64,000 nucleotides of DNA from Tubiluchus corallicola (Eukaryota > Animalia > Priapulida). The notes under the pieces were generated by a model. It had not been told where the DNA came from. It saw nothing but the letters and a program-made list of their open reading frames with translations, and searched no databases. Made by a program: the position numbers and the translations under genes. This document shows, piece by piece, positions 1 to 56,205 of the stretch; within the stretch, counting starts at the first letter, position 1, and the number at the start of each line of letters is the position of its first letter. The stretch lies in assembly GCA_030141605.1 (NCBI GenBank), contig JAQGDQ010000147.1, forward strand, positions 434,001 to 498,000. Reading direction: 5' to 3'.

Positions 1-529
1 GAAAGTATGATAGGTATTTTCATATTATATGTACTTGTCAGGCTATATCCATGTATAATCAAATCAAATGGTTATAGACAGCGTTACACAGCTTTCGAAG
101 CGAGAATTTCTCGTGTATATCCAGTCCTTTCTTTGATGTATCGCTTGTATTGGTATTGTATTGCTCAAATAAATTAATCTGCTCTTCGAGAAATTCTCGC
201 TTGGAAAACTGTTTTTCTTTTGTATATGCTTTTGTATATTATATATACTGGCATTTGTAGTTGTCACTTACTTTTTAGCCATTTTTATCATAAAACATAA
301 CAAACACATGCCGCCTTAATTGAATTGAATCGTATTATTTATTTCGGAATGTAGTCCACAGAACACAAATACATAAAATGTAAACTAAAAACAAACCGAT
401 AAACTTATTTACAACATAATACGTGGGCATGATAATGCATTTTCAGCTATTTTTTATCAGTCTTTATTGTTTTTTATTAACCATGAAGCTTTTACTGCAT
501 TTTAAGTCTTTTGCATTGTATTTTACATG

Positions 530-712
<183 letters not shown>

Positions 713-2079
713 TCTGTTAGCTTCTAGTCTAATGTAATGCTAATTTAATGCAAATAACCTCATATTTTGTTAAGCGCGCCACTCTTTCCCGTATCATTTT
801 TTTCTGTACCTTTTTTCTGTGCCATTTTTTCTTGCGCTATTTTTACCTACACTCGTGGAAATCCGTTAAGTAGGTTTTGCGTATAAGGCTTACTGTTGAA
901 CAAAAGACAGAAAACAAGCAAACCAACCAACCAACCAATCAACCTACAAACCAACCAACAACCAGCCAACCAACCAACCAACCAAACAAACAGCGTTGGA
1001 AGCAAAAATAATTATCCCTCACAGTAACTCTAACCCTAATGTCATATTTTATAAGTGTGCCATCTTCCCATTTTTTCATTTGTGCCCTTTTTGCTGTGTC
1101 GTTTTTTCCTTGCCATTTTTACCTGTGCCATTTTTACTGTTCACCCTCTATTTCATCTTTAAAATGTATTGCTTTCACAGTTCCATGCACAATACAAAAC
1201 TAATTTGAAAAGAAGTCCAAATGACAGTAGGCCTAGGGCCTCGTCAGTGGTGTACGGGGCCTGAAAGCCTCATTTCAAATAGGCTTACAGCTAATGGTCG
1301 ATTTCAAGACACTAACCGATCCCCGGTAGATCGCATGAAATTTGCACTCCTCCCTCCAGTGGTTATTCGTTGCTGCGATTTAATTATCAGTTGAAAAAAA
1401 ACATTTCGTTGACTTCCAATTTAGCTGAAATGATATGTGTTTATAAAAACGCTACAGTTTGAACAGATGAGAATTTCAAACAATAAGGACTTTTAGAAAG
1501 CGATGTCCATGAAACAATCGAGCATAATAAAACAATGTTTACTTTGAAAAATAAAACATTATTCGAATAGTAAGTTTAAATCACAACATTTTTAGTAGAG
1601 AGTAGAATCAGTTTAATTTCTATGGACGGAATAAGCACTTCATACATCGAGGTTATCTATTGCATTGGAATGCAACTACACGGCTTTGGCTTTGCTACTG
1701 AAACCATCTTAAAACATCATTTTAAATTTGGCTCGTTTATATACGTGTAGTAGTCTTTAAACTACTAAAGCACCAACAGGTTTGACTGTGAAATAACTAA
1801 GGGCACGAAGGAGTGGAGTATCATGCAAACGCCATAACTATGTGTAGTAGTTGTGATGTCAAGCATTTTTGCAAATGTATTTGAACCGTTCTCAGAGGAA
1901 GGATGCATTTTTTATGAAGCCATCGTTTTTTACGAGGTGCGTTTTTTTATGTCGTGATTAGGAAATCGCTTCAGAAGTGATTTATGTTTAATAAGTCAAG
2001 AGGATGAAAGGTTCACAAGTTATATATCATGCTAATAAGTCTTCTGTTGTGACAGGGGATTTTGAAACATAGGACACGT

Positions 2080-2455
2080 CTTTTTTGTCCAAATGTTTTA
2101 TGTGTACAAATGTCCTTATGTCGAAATATCTTATGTGTCATTATGTCCTTTTGTCCAAATATCATTGTGCCCAAATGCCCTATGTATCCAAATGTCCCAG
2201 TGTTCAAATGTCTTCCAAATGTTCAAGTGTCGATCTGTACAAATCGCCTTGTGTCCAGATGACCTATGTGTCTAAATGTTTTGTGCCCAAATACCCCATG
2301 TGTCCAAATGTCCTTGTTTCCAAATGTCCTCGTGTTGAAATGTTATATATGTCGAAATAGCCTTGTGTTCAAAATGCTTTGTCTCCAAATGACCTATGTG
2401 TCCAAATGTTTTGTGACAAAACGTGCTGTGTGGAAATGTCTGTGATGAAATGTCT
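2080..2455. repeat. Degenerate ~15-bp minisatellite (TGTCCAAATGTCCTT-like)
   Basis: More than 20 recurring CCAAATGT cores at roughly 15-17 nt spacing. Confidence 0.8.
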
Positions 2456-2817
2456 GCACTCCACCCCTTTTCTCTTTGTAGTAGTAAGCATGGGCAATAC
2501 CGACGATAAGATTGTTTTTGGTAACTGAAATAAGTTATATTAAAGTAGCCGATTATAATATTAGATTATAATAATAATCAATCCAGTATGTACTGCAGTC
2601 AACGAACTTTGCCCATAAATTTGTTTTTTTTTCAGTTGGTCGTCCTATTGTAGCCATATAGTCGTTTGTAGAAGAAACAACAGTTAAAATGGCTCATGTC
2701 AGGTTTGAACCAGCTGCTATTTTGCGGTCCGTCTTCATAGTTGTGAGTTTCAATCCTTTAACCACATTCGCTGGTGAGTTTCGAATAATGCTACATATCC
2801 GAGAATGAGCCAGTTAC

Positions 2818-3022
2818 CAGGACCGGATTTCCCTAATTGTGGGCCCTATTTAGTATAGGCCACTGTGGGCCCTTATGGTTTTGAATATGTATTATAACGA
2901 ATGTACAATTGCAACAAGGTTATACGCTGGCTCGCTGCGAGTCAAAATAGTTTCAGTGGGCTCCCAGCTACCCATGGGCCCTACGCCAATGGCCTACTGG
3001 CACATTGGTAAATCCGGCCCCG
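2818..3022. mobile_element. Possible old short MITE
   Basis: Imperfect TIR CAGGACCGGATTT / CGGGGCCGGATTT with internal GGGCCC motifs; no convincing TSD. Confidence 0.4.
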
Positions 3023-3285
3023 CCGACACCTACCAGATAAATTTAAGGAATTATACTAATTACTCCGTTGTTAAATTTTCGTTAACTGAACACTTGGTAG
3101 ACTACTGCTTTTTATGCTATGAAAGCACACTTACAACAAATTCTGTAGTAACGTGGCATTGCGTTTTATTTGCTGTTCAAAGATAAAAGAAATTTAATAA
3201 TTTGACAACCATTTAATGGCTTACACATAAGAATGTTTTATAAAAACCTAATCCTGATATAAAAGTATTTCTTTGGTTCTTTTAG

Positions 3286-45290
<42,005 letters not shown>

Positions 45291-46029
45291 TGCAACTCCT
45301 GATGGGCTTACTTTTAAATCCACTGCAGTGATCGAAATATACACATATAGGCAGATCAGCACTTAAGAGTCAGTGGTCTTCACAACATCACTACTCACAG
45401 GCTTGAATGTTTCATTAAGCATCTGGCTTAGCAAAGTACAAAAGCTGCAACAGGATTACTAAGGTCCATATGTCATTAGCAATGGCATGCTTCTTCTTGG
45501 GTTAGAATTCGAGTAATTTTTGTAATAACTGGCACTAGGTATATGTTTGTAACATTTTTCAACGATACAGCAGTTCTGACGTTCTGTCATTGTTAAGCTA
45601 ACCACTCATAACGAAAACTTTTTTTTATTTAAAAAATTGTTTACAAGAATATTATTACAATTAGGAAATGATCAATTATCTAATCATGCTTTTACAATGG
45701 AATTTTATTTGTGCAATAATTTTTTTTGTACATCTGATGGAAGAACTGCCTTTATATATATTTTACTTGTAATGGTCTTTATTTGCAGAGGAAGTTAGTT
45801 TTGATAACAATGTCTGATAATTATACAAACGAATATTAAAAAGCGAACGAAATGTTTATAGCGGCTCCGATCCAGTTATATCTTCAACCCATTTTCGATC
45901 CCTCGGCCTCATAACACGTAAACAAATGCTGACAATATGCAACCAAAAGCAAAATAAATACATTGGGCCTAATTAACGCTTTAGGCGATTACAAAGAAAA
46001 CGTAAAATTTGTTGTATGTATATATACAA

Positions 46030-46163
46030 ACATACAGACATTCATACATACATACATACATACATACATACATACATACATACATACATACATACATACA
46101 TACATACATACATACATACATACATACATACATACATACATACATACATACATACATACATAC

Positions 46164-46194
<31 letters not shown>

Positions 46195-46342
46195 CATACA
46201 TACATACATACATACATACATACATACATACATACATACATACATACATACATACATACATACATACATACATACATACATACATACATACATACATACT
46301 TACATACATACATACATACACATATATATATATATATATATA
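46030..46342. repeat. (CATA)n plus (TA)n microsatellite
   Basis: Directly visible. Confidence 0.97.
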
Positions 46343-46999
46343 AAATAATACTCCTTATTGCAATTAATAAACACAAATGTACAATACAATATACATATGC
46401 GTAAATTTTTTTGTGTACGGACGCGCACACAAAACAAAAAACCAACACCTACACATTTCACAGTATGTACGACAATTAAGAACATCGGTATTAACATTAC
46501 ACTGTGCATTAGTTTTGTAGGTAGATATTATAGATAGTAATAGGTTTATTGATGAACACAACACAATGTAACGCAACACAATGCAATACAACACTATATA
46601 ATATAATGAAGCACAATATACAAAGACAGTAAGCCTAAACATTTGGTTTAGCATCATCATACATTTTGCATAAAAACAATACAACAATACATTTAAAGAG
46701 ATAAGAAATTTGTTGTTTTAGAACAAAAAATATTGTTGTTTTATGAGTTCCTTTTATTAAAACGCTTAGTAAAAACGTTGCGGCTAACATCGTAATTTCG
46801 TAATCATCACTGCTTAGTAAGAGTTTGAGTTTTTCATTAAACAAACTAATACTACTATATTTTCACAACGTAGTACAAAATGTTTCTCGTTTTCAATTTC
46901 TTGACTGTTACAATGGTGGCATATTCGCTGCTGAACAGGAATTTTCAGGCGTTGGTGGAGTAATCTTTCAATGAAAAGGCCATGAGCACTTATATGTAT

Positions 47000-48450
47000 T
47001 TTAGCGAACTTAGATCCATGGACGGTGCTTTTAATGATAACTAAGTATTTTTAACATTGATAAGTAAATTTGAGCTTCGAGTATATTCTTAGGTTATTAT
47101 TTTCTCCACTCTTTCCCTTTTCTTTTGGATATATTAAATTTCCAGTAAGAGTCATAGTCTGACAAAAGTTCAAGCTTTAAAGATTTAACGAGCTAAGTTG
47201 TAGCCTATATGTTCTGAGATTCCCAAATGTTTAGAAGACCTGTGTGAGTTAGTACATTTTTAATGAAAAGTAGCTACGGTCCCCATTGTTGTCCACAAGC
47301 ATCACATTTTCATAATGGAAATGTGAGATTAAAGAATTTTCTGGCACGTTTAAGAGACTAATCCAATATTTTACGTTTCGACAATGATATTAGTGTATAC
47401 TGTATAGTGGGTATATTCCAAGTTCACCCCGGAGTCATTAATAGAAGTTTCCCGGACGCGCAGTACAAATTTACATAATTTTCTGTTAAGATCTTACATG
47501 CTTTCGATACAGTATCCTTCTACACTTTTTTATTATAAAAAGAAAAGGGTGCCCAAATCTCACACGAGTATAGTGCAACTGGTTTGATCAGGGTGTCAAA
47601 TAAATTCATTACTGAATTTATGTATTTGTACCCCATAGCTTTTGTCTAAGTTTGGTAATGTTACTACTGGCATTAAAGGTTATTCCTTTATAATTTATAT
47701 CCTTAAATTGGTTTAAACAATTTTGGAATCCTGTCTGGCTCGTAGATAACAATACGATGTAAGTCGGCATGCATAATTAATTGAATTTCTTGAGAATGAT
47801 CGAAAATAGTCTTTTTTGTCATCAACGAACAGATTAAATAGAACTGGGCTTAAAATACACCCTTGTTTTTCTCCCATATTTATTAGGAAGGATATGCATA
47901 GTTGACCATTTATGTAATTTACTTAGGCATAAATGGATGAGTACGTACTTTTAATAGCACTATAGAATTTTTTCTCGAAATTTAATTTTAATTGCTTATA
48001 AAAAAATATGTGATGTGTGTCGAAAGCTTTTTTGAAGTTGACGACGCGCGAATATACGTATTTTCTTTTTGACTGGTTAATGTACTTATTAATTGCAGTT
48101 TTCAGTGTTAGAATGTTATCAGAAGTTCTATAATATTACTTAAAACCGATCTATTCCCTAGTGACCAGGTTCTCGTTATCAATATGGACTTTACAGTATA
48201 GTTTCCCCAAACTACTATTAACAGATATGCCTCTATAACTAGATGGATCACCTAGGTCTCCCCTTTTAAGAAATGACGTTACTGGCTTTAGGGAACTTTC
48301 CGTATAAGTAGACATTGTTAAAATATTTGGTTAATAAAGGGGTTACGATGTTAGTATCGGCCTTGATCATTTCACTAGCTATGCCGTCTTTCCCGGCAAC
48401 TATATTATTTTCAGGGATATCATATCACAGCAGTACTAACTTCTCTTTCA
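47000..48450 (-). pseudogene. Degenerate LINE reverse transcriptase fragment
   Basis: Minus-strand remnants PSSYRGIS (~48235), FKKAFDT (~48025), GEKQGCILSPVLFNLF (~47850); many stops. Boundaries approximate. Confidence 0.7.
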
Positions 48451-50353
48451 GAGAAGTAAAAATTCAGCTGACAAAGAGTATTCGGTTCGTTGGTCGCAAC
48501 ATATTTTTCAGTGTATTTAAGTAAATAATAATGTTTTTATAATATTTTTAAAACGTTCACATTTCTCCTTTCTGCTCATTAAATGTTGGACCTTTTATCA
48601 ATACAATAATCCCTTCGTCAGTTGCACATTCCATTAGAGCTGTGCATTTCGTCAGTGTTTCGCAATTTAGGTTTGCATTCCAACAATTATTTTATGTTTT
48701 TTTTCTGTGTAATTTTTGTCTTCCTCTATTGCACAGCTGAGAAACCTATATTGGTTTGACATTGAACGACGTACTTGAGGTCGCCCACTGTCACTATAGA
48801 CTATTTGTCCTATATAGTTTTGTTTTCATTCAGCAACAATGGCTAACTATCTTGTTTTATTTACTGCTGGTAAAATTATCTTTTTTTGTTTTTGCATTTA
48901 AGGATAATGTCACAAAACTGTTCAAGAAATATGATCAATCTTTAAGGTGTGCGCTGTCCATATTAGGCAATTTTCACTAATCTTCAGAAAATCAACTACA
49001 ATGACAGTATTAATTTTTTGTGAGCCTCTGACATGTGCAATCTCATTTGAGTGTCTGTTTTCGAAATTGATTAGTATTTCTATTACCAGAAAGATTATCA
49101 ATTCCTGATAGGTTATTTAAAAAAGGCGGCTTAACATTTAATTAAACCCAGTCTAACCTCGAATTCCTAAGCAAATCGTTATTTTGTCGTTTATCGGATG
49201 CCAAAAACCAAATCTAATAATTTTTATGTAATTCATAAATTTCTGCTGAAAAAAAATGTTATTATTTTGCGGATCCTTCTTCCCGTTCCCGAGCGGTTAG
49301 TTATTGGCTGAAGTGTGATTAGAGATTTTAAGCGACTTTTTCTTTAAGCCTCGCTTTTTAAAATGGTGCTTGTTTTGAATTTGTAAGAAAACAGTTTTGA
49401 AATCACGGGTTCAAAATTAATGATCAATATCGTTTGTTTATTGGCATGTTAGCGTTTATGAACTGTTGATTAGAGTTAATCGTGTATTCATTAGGTTCCT
49501 TTCCCCTTACTTAATGTAAATGATTGTAACTGAACCGGAATCTAGCTAACTACCAAGGTGAGGCACTAAATAAGCAGAGGATATCCCAGCGTTTGCATTT
49601 TCGTATCTTTCCTGAACGAGACAAATTACCGGGGACAGTAGGATGAACCATCCAAAAGCATTTTTCTCGGCAGTATTCCATCTATTTCCTAAGCAGGCTC
49701 AACATTTACCAAAATGACCATTGGGTGGTTTATTTAAAGCTCACTCTAGGTAATTATGTTCTACCATTGTACAACTGAGCCTATTGGTTACTCATTGCGT
49801 TATTCTTATTGTTTTTACAGCTAAAAGTATTAAAATCATTAGAAGAAAATTTTTGTGTTTTCTAGCTTATATTGACTTTGTGGTTATCACTGAGGATCCC
49901 ACATTTAACATCTAGTGAAAAGAATATGCCGATTCCTGTATAACCTCAAATTAATTCTTTGTTAGGTGTCCAATTAAAATCGTTACTGAAAAAGTGACAA
50001 CGATTTCATAATATTTACAAGGTTTATTTAACAACTTTTATGTACAAACTCAACAACAAGATCGGGATTTACCGCAAATCCTCTACACGAATATTACAAC
50101 AATATAACCATTCGTCCCTCCCAGCAAACGTGACTCTGACTGGGAGAGGAGGAACGGGTTACACGATGAAGGCAACATGATATACGATGGTCATCAGTAG
50201 GTGAGTCTCTGTGTGTATGATGTGTGCGGGTACTTTGGTTAAGTAGTGCGCGAGAATGCAAATGTAACGCCTCCTTCACACTTAAGTTCAACTTGAGTAA
50301 CTGCTTTTAAATGCAACGTCTCCTCAGGATGAAGTTAAGTTTAACTTAAGTCT

Positions 50354-52527
50354 CTAGTAGCCACCACCGCCGTAGCCACCACCGCCGTAGCCACCACCGT
50401 GTCCACCGTAACCGCCAGCTAAGTAGGGGTAGTGTGGATAGTAGTTTCCGTAGGCGTAGGTCGCATGTGGTTTGTAGTAAGAATATCCATTTTTATAGGC
50501 GTAACGTTGACCTTTGTTGTAAACTTGCTTGGCGTTGTTGTAATTGTGGTTGTCGTATAAACCTCGATAACTGAAATAGAGGTAATAATTTATTATAAAT
50601 TCATAAGTAACAGTTTTTAGTTCGTTGTTTCTGTGAGAAACATGAAATAACTAATGTAACAAATGTGAAATTTTATGTTGCTTTTGCAGGTTGTACTGTT
50701 ACTTCGGACTTGAACGTTTAATAATATCAATATTAACTTTTTATCTTCGATCAAAATTTATTTGCCTTATAAGTTGGAAATTGGATTTGGTTTTCAGATT
50801 TTCAAACGCTTTCGTTTCACCTTGCTGCTAACAGAAGCAAGAAATACTTACGCGTTTACATATTGGTTTCTCAGTTGATTACCGTTGCCGAATCCGCTGT
50901 GGCCATACAGTTTTCCGTAAGTTCCTTGTCCCCGCCTGTATGCACCACCGTAACGTTTGCCGTAGTTGTCACCGTAACCCTTGTGTCCGTATGAGCCTGT
51001 GTGCGCTGCTCCGAAGCTGGGTAATCCGTAATATCCACCATAACCGCCTGGGTAGCCACTGGCGTAAGCCACGGCAGCCTAAAACAATGAAAGACGAGCT
51101 GTCACTAACATTCCTAAACTTCTTGGCCAAACAACCCAAGTATGTTTTTATCTATTCTGCACATCAAGCTTCAGCAACATTGCTATTACATTTTATCATA
51201 AATTGGCTATAATGATACATGTAATTTCCACTGAGTACAATCAACGTTATTTTAAATACGAGACATTTTTGGCTGCTAACAGGAATAGTCGTCAGTAAGT
51301 TCAGTACGTTCATTTGTACGGTCGCAACAGCTTATAATTGGACAAAGAATAAAACAGTAACCGAAATGACAATTAAATGATTTAAAATCTGCTATAACAA
51401 CACAAACGTGTTTATTCTTCTCTATCTTTTCTTCAATTTTTGGCCATTTCTTACAAGTCACATCCACGTAAATTTAGTTAGATTTAAATTTATGTGTTAT
51501 GAATAACATCTGTCGCTTATCTGTGTAAATTAGAATCCAGGCTCATATAGACCGGCGCTTTTTGGAAAATAGTAATTCAATAAAAAGTCATATTTCGAGC
51601 GTTTGATCTTGAGTTCTTGATCTCAGGGTTATCTGTACGCATACGAGTGCGCCGAAATTTTCAATGATTTTGACGGATGACATAACGCATATTCTTAGGT
51701 AAGACGCAATGAGCAATGCTGTCTTTAGAATAGCAAGTTATAAAACATTATATCTTTTTACATTTGCATAACGTCTTTAAAACGGCATTTTGATAGAATT
51801 AATACGCAGTAAATAGAATTACTAAACTGGTCATTGTGTAACATTTTGTAGGTCAATCATAGTGACATATCAACAGTACAATCAATGTTTGTTCAGAATA
51901 ATTTTGTAATACGGTTGACAAAACACCGGTCAACAGTTCAGTAAGTTTATAGAATGAGTCACGTGATCACCACATTGCCTTAAAATACTGGCCTATAAAG
52001 ATACTAAAAATTGATTGCGCCGTTTGCTCGTACCGTGATAAAATTCGGCTGGTAAAATTTGCAAATTTGACTTTACAATGGAAGTTAGACAATACTTTTC
52101 TTGATTTTCATACTGACTTCCGGAAAATATCCAATGAAAGTCCAAAACAAGTAAATCATTTTCACAATAAAAATGCAAGAATACCAAGAGAATTATAATT
52201 ATTGCCAAGTTTTATCTGCCCTTTCTCGTTTTACATGAATAAGTAATGTGATATCTTGGTCAAGTCTAGATCATTGTAGAAAACTTAATTTAAACAGAAC
52301 AAAACACTTTTTACTATGTAACACTTCATTTTACGAAAATATCGTATGTTAAGTTAACAGACAACTGGATAAAGAAACTATAAAGAAACATTCACAAAGA
52401 GTAATCTGCATAATGTTGTAACCGGCACGGTCTGCGTCTGCGCGAAAATCAAAAAAATCAGTAATATAATAGCAGCAGGAGTACATACCAGAGCGCTGGC
52501 TGCCAAAATCGTCAGATATATCTTCAT
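50354..52527 (-). CDS. Secreted Gly/Tyr-rich protein, ~160 aa (structural/cuticle/shell/adhesive type)
   Basis: Coding exons 52527-52489, 51078-50852, 50570-50354 with GT/AG sites and phases 0 and 2. Translation MKIYLTILAASALAAVAYA-SGYPGGYGGYYGLPSFG...YLAGGYGGHGGGYGGGGYGGGGY*. AATAAA on the minus strand at 50028-50023. Confidence 0.88.
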
Positions 52528-52756
52528 CGTATCACCCCCTCCTGAAAATAAGAAAAATCCTTGCATTAGAAATAGCTTTTGCAAAATTTCCACAGCCCCA
52601 GTTCAAAATAGGTGGTTCTCTGTTGAAATTTAGCTTGGATCACGAAGAAAATTCACAAAAATGCTTATATTTACGGTTTACGTGGAGTCGTAGGTATGTT
52701 TATGTTCACCACTGTAAACCTTGTTACCTTTTAATATGTTGGTATGAGACACTCAC

Positions 52757-52900
52757 TTAACACAAGTGTTCTATTGCACACAAACTAACTAAACTATGAC
52801 ACCCATCTCACTTTCTTTCGGCATATATACCTGACGTCATTACATGGTGACCCGAGTAATTCTCTATGGCTGATGATAGAGCTTCGCGGTTCCTGATTGG
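52757..52900 (-). promoter_or_regulatory. Putative core promoter and non-coding first exon of the minus-strand Gly/Tyr gene
   Basis: CCAAT (52900-52896), palindromic CRE TGACGTCA (52832-52839), TATATA (52829-52824), initiator-like TCATAG about 30 nt downstream, donor AA|GTGAGT at 52757/52756, acceptor ttttcag|G at 52541. Confidence 0.6.
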
Positions 52901-55900
52901 TTAGGCGGATAGAGCGTCGCGTATGCCTACTGTCAACCATGCTGCCCAGGGGCTGCGGGACAGTAGGTCATAAAGGTGGTGACCAAGGAGAAGAGTAGTG
53001 GGATGTCTGTTTTAGTCCCCCAAGATGATTGTTCTGTGGCCAGCAAAGCGTAGAAGAAGAAGTAGAAGATGGTTTAGAAAGTGAAAAGTATTTGGGTCAC
53101 TTTGCGAAGGAAGTGACATGTTGTTACTGAAACAGCAAGCGGATTAGCGTGACAGATAGTTTCATAAACACCAGTCAGTGGGTGGTGCACAATAATGCCT
53201 AATATTAAAGAAAAACGAAATAAAAGTCTACGTACTTCATTTTCCTTGTATCCTACATATTTTTTTTAAACATTCGTTTATACTAAAAACAGCTAATGTA
53301 GAGCAAAATTAATGTACAACAGATATTAATCACCGGCTGAAATTTCAGCTCTAATTAGTTATATGGAATCAGTCTAGCGTGAGTAATATAACATTGGAAA
53401 TACTGATTTTTTTAGCTGCTTAAAAAGGATGATCTTTGGACTACCTTGATCACTGAGGAATAAGGTTGTCTATTGTTTTAGGGCATCGCCTTATAAGGAG
53501 AAATTCCCATGACCAAATCCAAGCTGCATTCTAACTTGTTCACATTTTCTGTCTTTCAAGTTTGGTATCGAAATTTAATTAATTGAGTTTTCGCCATCAT
53601 AATACACGAACTTGACCAATGCCTTGTCCAAGGTCGATGATGCAAGTGAAATGCATTTTAGACAATGAACCGCTGAAAACAACGAAAGTAAAATATGCTT
53701 GTACTCTGCTTGAGCTTCTTGTCTAGCCTCGCATTAATCATTCAGCTTGCTTTCTTTTTATCACGTTATGTACCGTGTATTTAATATAACATAAATGTTT
53801 TAGACGTAATCCCAAACATCAAAAGAAAATTTTTCATGTACCACTTTGTAAAAAACGTCTTTTCCGTTTTGTTTAGCAAAGTTTCCTATGTATACATTTA
53901 TCCCCTTCACCCGCCACCTCCGAATTATACCACCTATTATGATTTCATTTAATTAATTAATATTAGTAATTTACTACTTAGTTGTTACCTATTGCCTTGA
54001 CAATAAAGTGGCGCTAATTATAAGTCGCACATTCAAGTATTTTAAAATTTAATATTATGAGAATCAAAATTAGCTCTGGTGCTTGTTTTCAAGGCTTCAT
54101 TTGCGACATAGGAGGACTTTGTCAACAGACTTAAATATAGAACGAAATTTGTTTTGCCAAACCTTGCAGTAAACGTCATAATTTGTTTTGTGTCATCTCT
54201 TATGTGTTTGTTCGTTAATTCGCCATTCCTCCTTTTATTGTTTCTTTCTTACCTTTCTCCCTTACTTTTATTTCTTTTTCCTTTCTCTTCTTCTCCCTTT
54301 CGTTTTTATCAGACTATATCTTTCCCTATTGTTTGCTTACATTTATAGTAATTCGCTGATGTAGCCGTCTATGTAGCATCGATTTACGTACACTACTTCT
54401 ATATAGTTGCATAGTTGCTTTTTAAAGAAAAAGAGATAGTGCTCAATTAATTAAAAATAGGTCCTCGATTCACCCAGAACTTCCAGGCGTGGTGTTCAAT
54501 AATTATTAAAACCCAATTTTACGTATTTTGTTAATTAAATGAGTGGCTATAAAGTTACTAAAATTGTTTGTACGTCACGGTATCAGTGGTTAATATAAGC
54601 GGTAGACCGAAACAGTAAACCAGGCAGAAGCGTACGAACCGAAAGCTATAGAATTTAGGGACAATTAACAACAGTTACTTTGAGAGTATTATTACTCCTG
54701 AAAATACAACTAACCAGGATTATCTACCAACTTTTAATTTGAGACTCCAACTGGTCCTACACAAAAATGCTTCCAGAAAAGGGAAAGTTTTTTAAAGACA
54801 GCTTTTTAAAGAGAATGAAGGCTGCTCTTTAATGAGGGTTCAACAGGTCGAGCATTTATTGTGTAAGAAAGAAGGCTCCAGTTACACAGTCGAAAATTGA
54901 ATTTTTAATCATTTTTTGACATGTCAACTACAAATTGAGCTAATTTATGCTTCTCAGGGTGAAACAACCACATCATTTAACATTTATGCCTATAAATGAG
55001 TTCTGATAGTATTTACTGAAGAGGTAATGTTCATTATATGTAGATATGTATATATCTTATGATTAATGTGATTAATGTCAAAATATGAACTTACGATAAA
55101 AATTGAAGAAACCCAAATTTAGTTATGTACAATATACAACATATAAAATACGTATATACATGTATATGTTCAAGTTTATATTCAATTTTTATCGTAAGTT
55201 TATATTTTGGACATTAATTACTTCTGAGCAACTTCTGTTTGTTAAGCAGTTACTATAGTACTGTTTAGCAAAAACGTATTCATAAAATAGCATTGTCAGT
55301 AGAAATTGGACGCAGTTTATATTATTCTTTAATTAAATTGATATTAATGTCACTAGAATACGTCACGCGAGACGCGGGTAACCCGCTGTAGGCTTACGTG
55401 CCCCACGTAAGCTATATATAACCAGAATATCTTCATTATATTCTTATATCCACTGAGCAGTTAATCACTGAATAACTTTAGTAGGTGAAATCTTAACAGT
55501 TTCTCTAAGCAGGCAACACATTCATTAGAACAGGACCTTGAGCCATTCACAGCCTTGACTCTTTTCAGAGAGCTAAGCCGTAACAGATCGGACGGAAATC
55601 ATTCCACCCACATCCGGATATTATAATCAAAATCTGAGTACTAAAATATGATGACAGCGTCAAAAAATCTTTTGTGCTGTTAAAAATTGCCCTTGTATAG
55701 TTGTTGCTATTATTATTGATGACAAGAAAGTTTTCGCTAGCTAACCAGTTATTAGAATAAGCGAGTAAGTTATTTTAGAGACAGGCACATCATAATTACT
55801 GACAGAATCACTTTCATAGCTTCGCGATTACACGTAGTTCACTATTGACCTAGTTGCGACATACTCATGTGTCCGCAATACATCTGTCACCATTCATCAG

Positions 55901-56058
55901 CTATAAACGACAGTTTTCACTAGGCATGTTGTTGGGTCACTAGGACACAATAGATATCGCTGTTTGAATGAGAAATGGAGACTGTCTGACGAGCTCACTG
56001 GTTACGCAGTTTAGCTCCAAGGGGAGAAATCGATGAATGGGATTTATGAAATTTTATA

Positions 56059-56205
<147 letters not shown>

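Noticed and set aside
2080-2455. CRISPR-like array
   Set aside because: Eukaryotic context; short degenerate tandem units without unique spacers.
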